A program made the position numbers and the translations under genes. A DNA stretch of 64,000 bases from contig CAXXMR010000018.1 in NCBI GenBank assembly GCA_963663805.2, positions 32,001 to 96,000 of the forward strand, written 5' to 3'. Shown here in pieces: positions 20,923 through 33,296 of this stretch (its first letter is position 1; each line of letters begins with the position of its first letter). A model generated the notes under the pieces. That model was not told the DNA's origin. It was given only the letters and a program-made list of their open reading frames with translations, and did no database searches. The stretch is from Sedimentisphaerales bacterium. Its GTDB lineage: Bacteria > Planctomycetota > Phycisphaerae > Sedimentisphaerales > SM23-30.

Positions 20923-23900
20923 ATGTCACAGAGAAAACCTCGACGTGCCGGCAAGAATAAGTTTCACCGCTCCGAACGTCAAAGCAAAGGTTCGGGCCAG
21001 TTGAGTATGGAAGTTCTTGAGCATCGTCTGCTTCTGGATGTGGCGGGTGTCTGGGATGAGCTGGGCTGGCGTGCGGCGAGCGGGGGCGGGGTGAGCTGGG
21101 ATGCTCACGATGAGCCTTCGGACGCTCAGTTTGTGACGACCAGCGACGGTGACCCGGTTCTATTCTGGGTTGACAGTACCGATACCGGCACTTTTACGGC
21201 GATGATTGACGAATATCTGGGCGGCTCGGACGGCAGCGGTCGTTTGCCTTTCCACTGGGAGTCCAAGGGTATCATCTCGGCGAGTCAGTATGTCAGTGAA
21301 GACATCGGCTGGGCGAGTATGGGTGGTATGGGCGGGCTGGACGCTGCTTCGGCCATCAATCAGGCTATTTACACCGATTCGAGCGGTACATTGACCCGGA
21401 TAGGTAAGAGCGATTACAAGAACCAGTTTATTACGGAATATGTTGACGGCGGGTTAGCGGTATGTTCTTATGCCACGGAGATGTCGGCGGTTGCAGGTCC
21501 GAACGGCACGATGGCGGTAACTTGGGTTGCTCAGGAAGTTCCTCCTACAGCTTACAGCGGTTCGACTTATGACCAGGTTCAGATTTACGCTATGTTCTGG
21601 ACGGGCAGCGAGTGGGTTGAGCTGGATGGTTCGGGCAGTAACGCCGGTGTTAGTCAGGTTGACGGTTTGAGTGCCGATGCCTATACGGTAGAGGCTCCTG
21701 ATATAACGATTTCTGAAACGGGTGAGGTTTTTATTTCTTATACCGCTCTGCATCCGGGTTCGGGTTCGGCATCTCAGCGTGAGATTGTGGTCAAGAAATA
21801 CGGCTATGTGACTGAAGATACCGTGCCGATAGTTTATCCCCCTCAGCCTTCTGAGCAGGCTTGGGTAGAGCTTTACGACGAAGAAACTGGTCCGTTCGCG
21901 GAGCGTAATGAATACAATGCCATGTCCGCTATGGGCGGGGTTAGTGCTGACAGTGCCAATTCTTTTGACTCGGCGATAGCGGTTGACCTTGAAGGTCGGC
22001 CTATAGTGGTCTGGTCTTCTCAGCTGAGTCAGCAGAATATGGAAATATTCGCAGCCCGCTGGGACGGCAGTTCGTGGGTTGAATATGGGGTTGAGTCCAA
22101 GAGTGACCTTGACGGTGACGGTTTCGCGGGGGTAAGTCGTGATTTGGGTGTTTCGATTCAGCCTGATATTGCGATAACCGAAGATGGGCGGGCGATTGTG
22201 ACGTGGGTGAACTGGGAGAACTGGGACCAATATCTGGTAAATGGCAAGGCGGGGATTTATGTCAAGGAGTTGGAGTGGAACGAATGGGTGGCCTATAATG
22301 ACGATGCCAGCACGATAACCGGCGCGGGTCTGGCAAGTCCTCGCGACGACGCAGGGGATATAGACGCGGCGAATTCGCGCGGCTGGTATTATACCCCTTC
22401 GATTGATATTGACGCCAGCGGCAATCCGGTGATTTCGTGGCAAGGCTATGACGCGCCGATTCGTAAGGTGCTGGACCGCGACGACAATGATGTCAACGAG
22501 TCGCCGGTGATGCGGGCTTATGTCAGCCATCTGGATACCACTACGGATACGTTCACGATATTGACTAACAGTTCCGACTATAGTGTACTCAGCAATGATT
22601 CGACGACGACAAAAGATGATAGTCTGGCGGATAGTCTCTCCAGGTTGCAGTGTTGGATGCCGGCGGTGCTGGTGACTCCTGACGATGATATTCTGGTGGC
22701 TTATTCGCTGTATGATACAACACTTGATGGTACTCATATGGATACCGAGTTGATAGCCCAGATGTGGGATTCGACTCTGGGTACGTGGGTTGAGTATGGC
22801 CGGGGCAGTGACTCCAATGGTAATGATTATTTTGGCTGGGAAAACAGCAGCGGCATTTCCCAGACCGGTCTGCTGGATTTTGACGGTGATTCTGATACGG
22901 CAATGGATGTTGTGATCGCCAGTTGGAATTCCGAGGACCGGGGCCAGTTATTTCGCTATGATTCCGAGGCGGGTCGCTGGTATGACGACCTTACGATTAA
23001 TTTTGACACCGATAACGCGAACAATCTGAAGAGTTTCGGCTACGTATTTGATTTCGCGGGCGACCCGGATTATGAATATATCGACGGCGACCCGCTGCTG
23101 GCGTATCTGGACGACGAGACGGGTCTGCCGTATGTTTATCAGTTCAGCGGCGGGGGCTGGGTGCAACAGGGTACGGTTGCCGGTACTATCGCCGGTACCA
23201 GTCCATTTTTTGGGGACAGTAACTACGGCATTTCGGTTGCGGCGGGTGCCAACGGCGAAGTTTTGCTGGCTTATCTGGCGACGAATCCCGATACGGGTAC
23301 GACCGATGTCATGACGCGTTTGTGGGATCCGATAACGGGCGTGTGGAGTGCGGGCGGTTCGGATGTTGACGGCTGGCTGCCGAAGAACGCACCGCTGAGT
23401 CTGGCGTATTATTCTAATTTCAATGGTCTTGATTTTGGTGATGACGGCACGGTTGCGGATTCAATAGAATTCAATGACGGTATTCCGGAGATTGTTGTTG
23501 ACCTTCCTGAGTATGACACCAGTGGTAAGACTGTATATTTTATCCCTGACTATGATGAGAGTTTCGCTCTTTCCACTGCGGGACTGAATGATTGGGATAC
23601 TACCGTGACCGCCAGTATAGATTCGACTGCCGGGGCGACAGTTGATTTTGTTGCTCTTGATCCGGCTAATCCTCTGGACTATACGCAAACCGCTGAGGAT
23701 GACGGTCTGCTGATGGAATTTTTAATTGATGACGCTGACACAAACATTAATGCCGGTGGTTCGTTTTATGGTCAGTTCTTGATACCGTTCCAGTTGCCCA
23801 GTTCCGGTGATGTAACTTTACAGATGGACTACTCGGTGGCTAATGTATCGGCGATAGGCGGTGATTTGCCCGGTACGGGTGAGGCCAGTGCCGAGGCTGG

Positions 23901-26900
23901 TCGGGTTGGTATTGATTTGTATCTGGGTATAATGAGTTTTGCGGACGGGAGTGTTTACTGGTTTGACCCGAACAATGACGGTTCTGTGGGTGATGTACCG
24001 GAGAATCCTTTTGTGAGTTTGTCTGCCAGCGATATTGATTATGAGCTGGGCAATCAGTTGGCCTATGCCGATGCCAAGCAGATAGAATTCAGCAGTGAAA
24101 CCCTTACGGATATGCTGGGTGCGGATTTTGCCGCGGGGACTTATAATCTGCTCGTACGAGCGGTGGCGAATGTAGGTGTTGGTACTGAAGAAGAAATTGT
24201 TCATGTTCGTTTTGATAATATGGCGGTCTACCAGAGTGTACAGACGGCGGGTGATGCTCGTGAGGCAACTGTAGATATTGACACTGCTTTTCTTGGGGCT
24301 TTAGATGCTAATAATTGGTGCCATGATAGTGTAAATGGTACAACTAGTGGGGCTTCGGGGGCCGCTTATGGTGTCAATGGCGTAAGTGGTGATGGTGGGG
24401 TTAGAATAGACTTAGGACCTGCAGCCGGGGTTGCGGTTGAGAACAATGTCGAAGCTAAAGTTTATTCGGCTCCGGTTACAGCTACTGATGCTGGTACTTT
24501 GGAAGCATCTCTGACGTTCAAGTTGGATTTGGAAGAAGATGTCAATGAGGATGCGTATATTGAGATTAGTGTACATATCGAAGAAGTTGCCAATGCTGAC
24601 GTGCCCATAGGTGAGTATTGGACGTTTAGACTTACAGCAGATGATACGCTAGCCGATACTACAGCTCATACTACCGGTTGGATTACCAAAACCTTTGACG
24701 TCTCCGAAATGGCTGATTTTAGTACTATTTCAGCGCCAACCAACGGTGTTGTATATCGCTTGATTGTCGATGTTATTCAAAGTGAGGCTAATGGTGGCGA
24801 CGGTCAGGGGTTTCTTGAAATAGATGAAGCGGGTTTAGTCATTAACAGCGGTGATACTGACTGGTGCTGGGCGACATATAATTCGGATACTGAATCATAT
24901 AGTAATACCAGTACCCCCGATACGGGCGGCAACTGGAATGTTGGTGAGGTTTCGGGAAATCGTATTGGTGACACGAAGGTAACTCAGGTCGATGATGATA
25001 CGCCGGGTTATGATTTTGAGGATAATCTTTACGCGACGATTCTCAACGCGGCGGGCAGTCAGAGCTATACTTTTACGGTGACGACCGATTATCCTGACGA
25101 TATTGTGGTGCTGTTCCGTCATAACAAGACTATCGCGGCGGCCAGCACGGTCAAGGTTTACGTTGATGGTGTGGAAACCACTTATGATAATGATTTGTTC
25201 AATAACTCGACCAATCTGGAAGATTATGACTCGGATAATTATTCGATGACCGACGCCTGGAGTCAGGGGACGGGCGACACGTTGGAATATGCTTTTACCA
25301 AGGCTGTGTCGGCTAATGTTTCCAGCGGTACTCACACGATTGAAATCGAGTTGACTGGTGTAGCGGGTGATGAACTTTGGATAGATGATTTATCGATTCT
25401 GGCTTCGATTGGCGGGACAATTGAGAGTACCAATCCGATAGCGAAGCTGCTGTCGAACCGCAACTTCGCGGTGGGCAGTACGGATGTTTCGGCGGACCAG
25501 TGGGTATATGAAAGTGGTGAATATACGCTTATGCCGGTCGGTCAGATTCTGGCATACGGCGGGGGCGGTTATTTCGGCGGGGGCTATTACAATCCGGGCA
25601 TTCAGGAGCTGGACGATTTCGACGGCGACGGTACGGACGAATGGGATACTTACGGCCAGGAAATCGGCGGGACACAGAGAATAGATTTTCTGGGCTTTGA
25701 TTTGTACTCTTATGCCATGCCCACCAGTGACTTGCTGTATCTGGAGGATTTCGCGGTTGGGCCCAACGGCACGCCGTGGGTTGCTATGCGGCATGGCACG
25801 CTGGACCGCGTGGAATTGTATATAAACGGTTCATGGATGCAATATAACTTGTTTGTGTTCCATCCGTGGGCGGATGTTGATGCGCCTGCGGGTGTTCAGT
25901 GGACGGTTGGTACGACGGATCTGGATATTCAGATACTGGCTTGGGAGCCTTTTTCGGGTGATCCGCGAGAAAGTGACCAGAATTACGCCCAATGGGTTAA
26001 TATGGACCTTCCGCTGCCCGCTGACCCGGTCACCAATGCTCAGATAGTAACTACCGGTGGTCAGTTGCCGATTGTGGCGTGGACCTATCACGGGCCTAAT
26101 GGTCGGTACTTTGATGCCGCGACTTTGCGTTATAATGCCATGTCGCAGAGCTGGGAGGCTATGGGCAATCAGGCGGCAGGTGCCACGGTTGAGAATTATA
26201 CCATTCAGACGAATTCCTTTTGGAGTGCTCAGTGGGTAACTGATTTGATTGTCAAGCCGGATGACTACCCGATTATCATGACCTACGCAGGTCATCTCGA
26301 TTCTGATGCTATTCGTGAGTTCCGCCCGTCGTACAGTTTGCCGAATATGGCGCTTACCGAAAGTTCGGGCGATTACTCGGATGATTATATCCTTGATTTT
26401 GGCACGACGGTGACGCAGATTGCCGATGAGAGTTTCCGGGTTTCCAATACCGGGCCGGGCGATTTGGTGATTTATGATATTGAGTTGGGCGGCGAAGGGA
26501 CTTCGGATGTTAATCCGTTTACGCTGCGTAACGCACCGGAGTTTCCGATTGTGCTGGAGCCGGGCGAATCACGCGATTTCGCGGTTCGGTTTAATCCGTC
26601 CAATGTTGAAGTGGGCGAATATTCCGCTGTCGCGATGGTGCATACCAGCCAGTATTACGCGTTCAGCGACAATGACCGGCGGCATGATTATTCGCACTTT
26701 GACGAGGTGATTTTGCTGGCGGAGAAGATTGAGGAATCGGACATCAACATCAACGAAGATTTGTTTGATTTTGGTGCCAATCCGATTGAGCAGTTGACCG
26801 AAGCGCAGGAGTTGGTGATTGAAAACCTGGGTTCGGATGATTTGGTGATTGAGGAGTGGTTCTTCGACGGTGACCGTTATCATGTTTCGCAGGCTTATGT

Positions 26901-29625
26901 GACGCCTTTTGACAATGCGGATGCTCCCTATGTCGTTTCGCGGACCAATGATGTTGGTTCGGCTGATGATGTGACGATTCGTTCGGGCGATACGCTGAGC
27001 CTCTGGATTCAGATGAGTCCGCTCGAAGAACGGGTTTACAACGAAACTTTGTATATCAACAGCAGTGATTTTGATGAGCCGACCGTGGCGGTATTTTTGA
27101 CCGGTATAGGTTCTTCCGACGGTATGATTTCTGTCGCGGAGACTTCGGGCACTGACAACGACGATATTATCGAGTTTGGCAGTGTCGCGGTAAACGATTC
27201 TCGTTCCGAGGTCATTACCATATCCAATGCGGGGACGACCGAACTTACGATTTATGGTCTGAGCCTGCCGAGCAGTCCTGATATTGTGGTTACTCCGCTG
27301 CTGGAAAACTACGTTCTTCAGCCCGGTACGAATGTGGCTCTTACGGTGACTTATTCTCCGTCGCCGGGCCAAATTGCCGGCGAGGTTCAGGTACTCGATA
27401 CCAGCATTGTTATTATCAGCGATTCGGCGGATAATGAGGAAGGCAGTACGCAAAGCTATGCGGTAAGTCTTACCGGGCTGGGCGTGCCCAATGAACCGAT
27501 GTTGGAAGTTTATGAGGATTCCGGTACGGCCAACGACAATCGGGTCGAGTTTGGCAGTGTGCGGGTGGGTTCTGTTGGTTCGGAGACCGTTGAGATTGCC
27601 AATATTGGTGGTGCGGACCTGGTGCTTACTCGTATCAAGCTCAAGAATCTAAACGGTGACACTCCGTTTACGCTTACGCCGGCGATTTTGAATCCCAGTA
27701 ATGTTCCGGTTGGACAGCGGACGGTGTATTATAATGGTGACGCTCTTTCAGTCGATGTGTCTTATTCGCCCACTGCTTCGGGTGAATATATTGACACGAT
27801 GGAAATATACTATCTTGATGCTGACGGCGATACGGTGGTTCATACCGTCGAACTTATCGGCAGCGGTACTGATATGCTGCTGGGGATTGTCGATTCTTCC
27901 GGTGCGGCCAACGACCGCAGTATTACGTTCGCCAGTACCGGCGTGAATGAACCTTCAGCGACCCAGACGGTAACTCTGAGTAATCTGGGCAGCAGTAATA
28001 TTACGATTACCAGTGTAACGCTGGTTGATGCCAACGGTGTGTTCCATATCACCTCTGACGATATTGCCAATACGATTCTTCAGGCAAGCGGTGATGCCGC
28101 GGTTATCGACCTCAACTTTGTACCGAACGGCCAGGGCAGCTTCGCCGGCCAGCTGGTTATCAACACCGATGATCCGGAAAATTCCCAGTGGATTGTAAGT
28201 CTGGGCCGGCAGTGGGGTCTCTCCCGGTGCGGTAACTGTCAGCGATTCCGCTTTGGATTTCAGTCCGGCGGGTACCACGGCTTTGGTGGCCGGGCTGGAC
28301 AGCTCCACCAAGATGCTCACTCTGACCAACAACGGCAGCAGTACTCTGAATCTCAAGAGCATTGTGCCCTCGACCAATTACTTCCAGATTTCCGGTTTCT
28401 CCGGGGCGACAACCCTGACGCCGGGCCAAAGTATTGATGTCGGCGTTACCTTCGCTCCGCTGGGCGCGTTTAACAGCACAGCGGTTTTGACGATAACTTC
28501 CGCCCTGGCGAGCGGCGGCGATGATATGATTTCGACCGTCGAGCTTTCCGGTCGCAGTGTGCTGGCTTCCAGTACGGATAGCGGGCGTCAGCGATAAGAT
28601 TGTCTGGGCAGATGAGGACGGCCATGAGGTTGTTATTAAAGTCAGCGGCGGCGGCGAAGCCTATGTTGTCTCCGAAGGCTGACAGTAATGATATTGCCCG
28701 CATCGAACTGGTCAATACCACGTCGAAATCATCCATCAAGATTACCTCTAAAGAAGGCACTACTATCGGACAAATCGTGGGTGACTCGCTCAAGAATCTT
28801 GTCCTCAAGGGCATTGATTATTGACGGTGCCGGTATAGACCTGGAAATAGTTTCCGGTTCCATCGTCGCCGGCAATATGCTCAACGGTGCCGATATAACC
28901 ATTGACGATACTAACGGCGATATTAAGATTCGGCTGGGTGACCTTTCCGACGGCAGTGATGTTATTGTTGACGGCAGTGTGAAACTGCTGCAAGCCGAGG
29001 ATATTGGTAACGGCCAGATCGAGGCCGACGAGATCGGCTCGGTGAAGATAAGCGGCGATTTTGATGCCAGTCCTGAGCGTACTGGGCGAACTGGGCAAGC
29101 TCAAGTTCACCGGCGAAACAATTACCGGCGATATTCTGGCGGGGCAGCTCTATCGATAAGATTACCGCTTCGGCGACCAAGTTCTACGGTGTGCTGAACG
29201 CACCGACCATTGGCAAGGTAAGTTTTGAAACTATTGATTCCGCTCAGATAAGTGCGTCCCGGAGCATAGAGTCCATTAAGGTCAAAGGCGACCTGGCTGA
29301 TTCGATCATTTCCGCGGGCTACGACCTGGTCAGTGACCTGCTGACTTCCGGCGGTACGATTGGAAAGGTCTCAATCGGTGGGCGTATTGAAAACAGCACT
29401 ATCGCCGCGGGTATCAAACCGACCACCGGTGGTTTCTTTGATACCGATACCGTCCAGACCGCTCAGGGCAGCATTGGCAAGGTGACCTTTGGTTCCTTCC
29501 GCTCCAGCAACAGCGGTCAGGCCTTTGGTGTTGTCGCTCACAGCGATATTGAGCAGGTTAAGGTTGGCGGCACTGAGTTTATGGCCGGCGATATCGTGGA
29601 TGATTTTCTTATTATGAAAATCTGA
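20923..29625 (+). CDS. Giant acidic extracellular protein (N-terminal LExRxLL motif, propeller-like repeats, multiple ASH/choice-of-anchor-D-like Ig domains); frameshifted at the 3' end in this sequence
   Basis: 2504-aa ORF with MEVLEHRLLL and repeated xFGxVxV...ISNxGxxxLxI domains. It continues through ORF fragments to the stop at 29625 once six single-base insertions are removed (2898 aa). Confidence 0.85.
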
Positions 29626-29655
29626 TTTAGCCCTGACTATTATTCTAAAGTGATT

Positions 29656-29685
29656 GGCCGGCCTGCGTGAGTGGGCCGGTCTTTT
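29656..29685 (+). terminator. Intrinsic terminator after the giant gene
   Basis: GGCCGGCCTGC-GTGA-GTGGGCCGGTC followed by TTTT. Confidence 0.7.
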
Positions 29686-29709
29686 GCGCCATTTTACGGA
29701 TTTTGACAA

Positions 29710-30309
29710 ATGAGAATTATTGCCGGCAGCAGAGCCCGAATAACGCTGATTGGTCCGCGTGACCTGAGCACCCGGCCTATTACAGACCGGGTCAAGGAAT
29801 CTCTGTTTTCTATTTTGCAGTGGCACATCAAAGGCGCGATGGTTGCCGACCTTTTTTGCGGTACCGGTTCGCTGGGTTTGGAATCGCTTAGCCGTGGTGC
29901 CCAACACGCTCTCATGGTGGACCAGGATCGCGATGCCGTCAAACGTCTTACAGAGAATATTGCCAAACTTAAATTTGAGGGGCAGACCACCGTGCGTTCT
30001 TACGATAGTTTTCGCCACGGTCTGGGAGCCGAAGCCGCCGCCGAACGCAAATACAATCTGGTTTTTCTGGACCCGCCTTATCGTCTGAGTGTTGATACCA
30101 GGCCGGACGGGAAGATAGGTTTACTTTTGAATCTGCTCAGCTCTCAGGTGGCCGATAGTGGTGTAGTGGTGGTTCGGACCAGCGGTCGGGTTGATTTTCT
30201 GGAAAATTATGATAATCTTCATCTGGAAGATGTTCGTAAATACGGTTCGATGAAGCTGAACTTTTTTCAGCGTGTCCCCGATGAAAGGAATGCCTTTGCC
30301 GGTGAATAA
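29710..30309 (+). CDS. rsmD: 16S rRNA (guanine966-N2)-methyltransferase
   Basis: MRIIAG, TRPITDRVKESLF, DLFCGTGSLGLESLSRGA and FLDPPY motifs. Confidence 0.94.
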   Translation: MRIIAGSRARITLIGPRDLSTRPITDRVKESLFSILQWHIKGAMVADLFCGTGSLGLESLSRGAQHALMVDQDRDAVKRLTENIAKLKFEGQTTVRSYDSFRHGLGAEAAAERKYNLVFLDPPYRLSVDTRPDGKIGLLLNLLSSQVADSGVVVVRTSGRVDFLENYDNLHLEDVRKYGSMKLNFFQRVPDERNAFAGE

Positions 30310-31528
30310 GCCTCAGATGTCCGCTGCCTACAAAACCACGCTGAAAGTCGTGAACCGTTTGCGTCAGAACTGTCATGAAGCGATTTTAGCCGGCGGTTGT
30401 GTGCGCGATATGCTGCTGGGGACCGAGCCTAGCGATTATGATGTCGCCACCAACGCCGTACCGGACGAGGTCGCCCGAATTTTTAAACGCACGCTGATGG
30501 TGGGGGCGCAATTCGGTGTGGCTATCGTTCTATTGGAAGGTCGGCAGATTGAGGTGGCGACTTTTCGCAGTGACGATATTTATCATGATGGCCGCCGCCC
30601 GGAACGCGTGGTTTTTACTGATGCCGAGCATGACGCTCAGCGTCGCGATTTTACAATTAACGGTATGTTCTACGATACCGCCGCCGAAAAAGTGATAGAC
30701 TATGTGGGGGGGCAGGCGGATTTGCAAAAGCGTGTCATTCGTGCTATTGGAAATGCCGAGGAGAGATTCGGGGAGGACCATTTGCGGATGCTGCGGGCGG
30801 TGCGGTTTGGTTCGCGTCTGGATTTTGCTATTGAGCCGGACACCCTTTCGGCGATTAAAAAACACGCTGCTAAAATTCAGAATATCAGTGCTGAACGAAT
30901 TGCCGTCGAGCTGGAGAAAATAATTGTTCATCCTAATCGCATTAGTGGTATCAAACTGGTTCTGGAAACTGATTTGCTGAAATATATTGCCCCGGATATA
31001 TCGGAACAGCAATGGCGGCAGGGGCTGGAAGTGGTTGCGAAGTTGCCGGAACAAATATCAGTGGAATTAGCCTGGTCAGCCTTGCTCAGTGCGCTTTTGC
31101 CGGGACAGGCCGACGAATTTTGCCTGCGTCTCAAGAGCAGTAATATTTTGCGTAATAATCTGGCGTTTCTGTTGAAGAACCATAACAAGCTGCCGCAATC
31201 TATTCCTTTGCGGCGTTCTCAGCTCAAACGCTATCTGGTCGAGCCTATGTTTCCCAATCTCATCGAGCTTTGCCGCGGGGAATTGCTGAGTCGTCAGGAA
31301 AGTTTGGGGCCGCTGGGGATTCTCGAACGTCAAATAGTTGAACTGGGCGATGAACCGTTGGCACCGCCGCCGCTGCTGGACGGCCATCAAATTATGCAGC
31401 TCGGCATCGAACCGGGACCGCAACTGGGCAAAATTGTTGAGCAATTATATACCGCCCAACTGGAAAACGAAATCAAAAGCCCCGAACAGGCGATTCAGTG
31501 GATAAATGATTATCGGGAGAAGAAGTAA
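30272..31528 (+). CDS. cca: CCA tRNA nucleotidyltransferase / poly(A) polymerase family
   Basis: GGCVRD..DYDVAT, EVATFR, RRDFTING and EDHLRMLRAVRF motifs (start probably 30302-30317). Confidence 0.88.
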   Translation: MSPMKGMPLPVNKPQMSAAYKTTLKVVNRLRQNCHEAILAGGCVRDMLLGTEPSDYDVATNAVPDEVARIFKRTLMVGAQFGVAIVLLEGRQIEVATFRSDDIYHDGRRPERVVFTDAEHDAQRRDFTINGMFYDTAAEKVIDYVGGQADLQKRVIRAIGNAEERFGEDHLRMLRAVRFGSRLDFAIEPDTLSAIKKHAAKIQNISAERIAVELEKIIVHPNRISGIKLVLETDLLKYIAPDISEQQWRQGLEVVAKLPEQISVELAWSALLSALLPGQADEFCLRLKSSNILRNNLAFLLKNHNKLPQSIPLRRSQLKRYLVEPMFPNLIELCRGELLSRQESLGPLGILERQIVELGDEPLAPPPLLDGHQIMQLGIEPGPQLGKIVEQLYTAQLENEIKSPEQAIQWINDYREKK

Positions 31529-31548
31529 GCGTTGCGGCGTAAGGGTGT

Positions 31549-32652
31549 CTATTTTGCCCGCACCGTCCGAGAAAACCGTTCATCGTATAAATCAATCAGC
31601 CTGCTCCATCTAAGCTGTCTCACTTTTTGTGACAGTTCGCCGGGCAGCTCAGCAACTCCTCTTTCGCACAAATCAGCCAGCCTTTGCCGTAATTGTTCGT
31701 GGTTGTCATAGAGAATTTTATGGTGCAGATTAGCGGGAATCAATTCGGGATAACTCAATCGATTGGGCAGTACCGGCCGACATTCCGCAGCGACTGCTTC
31801 CATGACTGCCAGGCCGAAGAATTCATGAACCGCCGTGGAAACCACTATATCCGATTGTGCTAAAAGGTTATAGTAATTCGCCGCACCGGGGGCGTAGCCG
31901 AAATGAACTATTTTGTCCGCCAGCATTTTCTCGGCGGCGTCAAAAATCGGTGGATGGGTGCGAAACTGTTCACCTGCCGCGATCAAACGAAAATCTACCC
32001 CCGCCCGGTCCAGGTCGAAAAGCACTTCAAAAAACTCGTCCGGATTTTTATCGTATTCCCAGCGATGATTCCACAAAATCACCGGTGCACCAGCCGTTCG
32101 ATTTTTTGGTAAATCAAAAAGGTTGTCATTCAACCCCAGCGGCATAACACGCGAAGCACCTTTGATACGCTCAACAACCCCTTCCGGCACAAAATCCGGC
32201 ATTTTTCTGAGCAGTTCACCTGCGGCCTGGGTGAAGCTTTCACGGTGATAATCGGAATTAAACCAAACCTCATCCGCGGCCAGGCAACTGGTAATATTTG
32301 TAAACCCGTATTGATAATCACGCTCGGCCTCATCGGGCACCGGATAGGTAAGCTGGTTTTCGTGGAAATAACAAATAATCGGTACATTCAATTTGCAAAG
32401 GGCCCGCAAATCCGCTACGGAGGTCATGTCACTGGTGAAAATCAAATCAATGTCAGCGTAATTGCCCCGCTTAATCTCGTTGGCGAACCATATTGCCGAG
32501 CCCCGCATTCGCCACTTCCATTTGCGGGCGGGCAGGGAGATTCTGATAAAATCGTGCCGGGAATGGTTGATGAGTCCGTCGAGAAACTGAGCGTGGCTGC
32601 CCCCGTCGTACGCTTCGAGAGTGAGTATACGGCATCTGGTCAAATCCGACAA
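31549..32652 (-). CDS. GT4 glycosyltransferase with DUF3524 domain (GTDC1/QTMAN homolog)
   Basis: EAYDGGSH, LPARKWKWRMRG, YFHENQLTYP, WNHRWEYDKNP and HEFFGLAVMEA motifs. Confidence 0.88.
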   Translation of the reverse strand: MSDLTRCRILTLEAYDGGSHAQFLDGLINHSRHDFIRISLPARKWKWRMRGSAIWFANEIKRGNYADIDLIFTSDMTSVADLRALCKLNVPIICYFHENQLTYPVPDEAERDYQYGFTNITSCLAADEVWFNSDYHRESFTQAAGELLRKMPDFVPEGVVERIKGASRVMPLGLNDNLFDLPKNRTAGAPVILWNHRWEYDKNPDEFFEVLFDLDRAGVDFRLIAAGEQFRTHPPIFDAAEKMLADKIVHFGYAPGAANYYNLLAQSDIVVSTAVHEFFGLAVMEAVAAECRPVLPNRLSYPELIPANLHHKILYDNHEQLRQRLADLCERGVAELPGELSQKVRQLRWSRLIDLYDERFSRTVRAK

Positions 32653-33296
32653 ATTTCCAGCTCCTCGATTTTATCCGTGATTGTTATCCAAGCGTAATTG
32701 CCCGAAGCCAGCGGGCCGGGATTGACCAGGCGAGTAGTGCCGATGCTGTCAGTGCCGATGCTTTCATGGATATGACCACTGACCGCAAGAACAGGCTGAT
32801 AATGCTCGATAAAATTACGTATCGACTGACTGCCGACATGACGGCTGTTGTGGGCAATATCAACATCGGTCATACAGGCGGGCTGATGACTGAGCAGTAC
32901 GAGTTTTTTTTCGGGGGCGAGATTTTCGACGGCCCGCTGCAAGCCCGCGTTCAATTGCTGTTCGCCGACCTCGTTGGGTGTACGGCTGGGGCAGGGTACC
33001 GACCCGCCTACGCCGACAAAGCAAAGGCCGTCCATTTCGACGACGCGTTCGTGCAGGCTTATGTTCTCACGCTCCAGATAACGCTGAACCTCACACTGGT
33101 CACAATTACCAGGGACAGCAAGGATGTTTTCATTGAAGCGTTTAATAGCGTTAATGATTTTCGCACAGTCCTGGGCGGTGCCGAAATTGGTTATGTCGCC
33201 GGCGATAAGCACCAAATCCGCTTCGCCCAGCGGCTTGGCCAGACTATCTATCGCCTGGGCCATGCCGTGAATATCCGTGAGAGCGATTATTTTCAC
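32640..33296 (-). CDS. Calcineurin-like metallophosphoesterase
   Basis: TDIHG, AGDIT, GNCD and GHIHE motifs. Confidence 0.9.
   Translation of the reverse strand: MKIIALTDIHGMAQAIDSLAKPLGEADLVLIAGDITNFGTAQDCAKIINAIKRFNENILAVPGNCDQCEVQRYLERENISLHERVVEMDGLCFVGVGGSVPCPSRTPNEVGEQQLNAGLQRAVENLAPEKKLVLLSHQPACMTDVDIAHNSRHVGSQSIRNFIEHYQPVLAVSGHIHESIGTDSIGTTRLVNPGPLASGNYAWITITDKIEELEICRI

Noticed and set aside
21454..27453. Long antisense ORFs (e.g. 21454..22737, 26569..27453; also 13969..14706, 15052..15843, 32766..33587, 51808..52473)
   Set aside because: They are shadows of well-supported genes on the opposite strand and have no recognisable motifs.
28203..29144. Programmed frameshifting or phase variation in the giant gene
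   Set aside because: The runs are only 2-4 nt long, there are no slippery heptamers, and six events of the same sign fit a sequencing artefact better.
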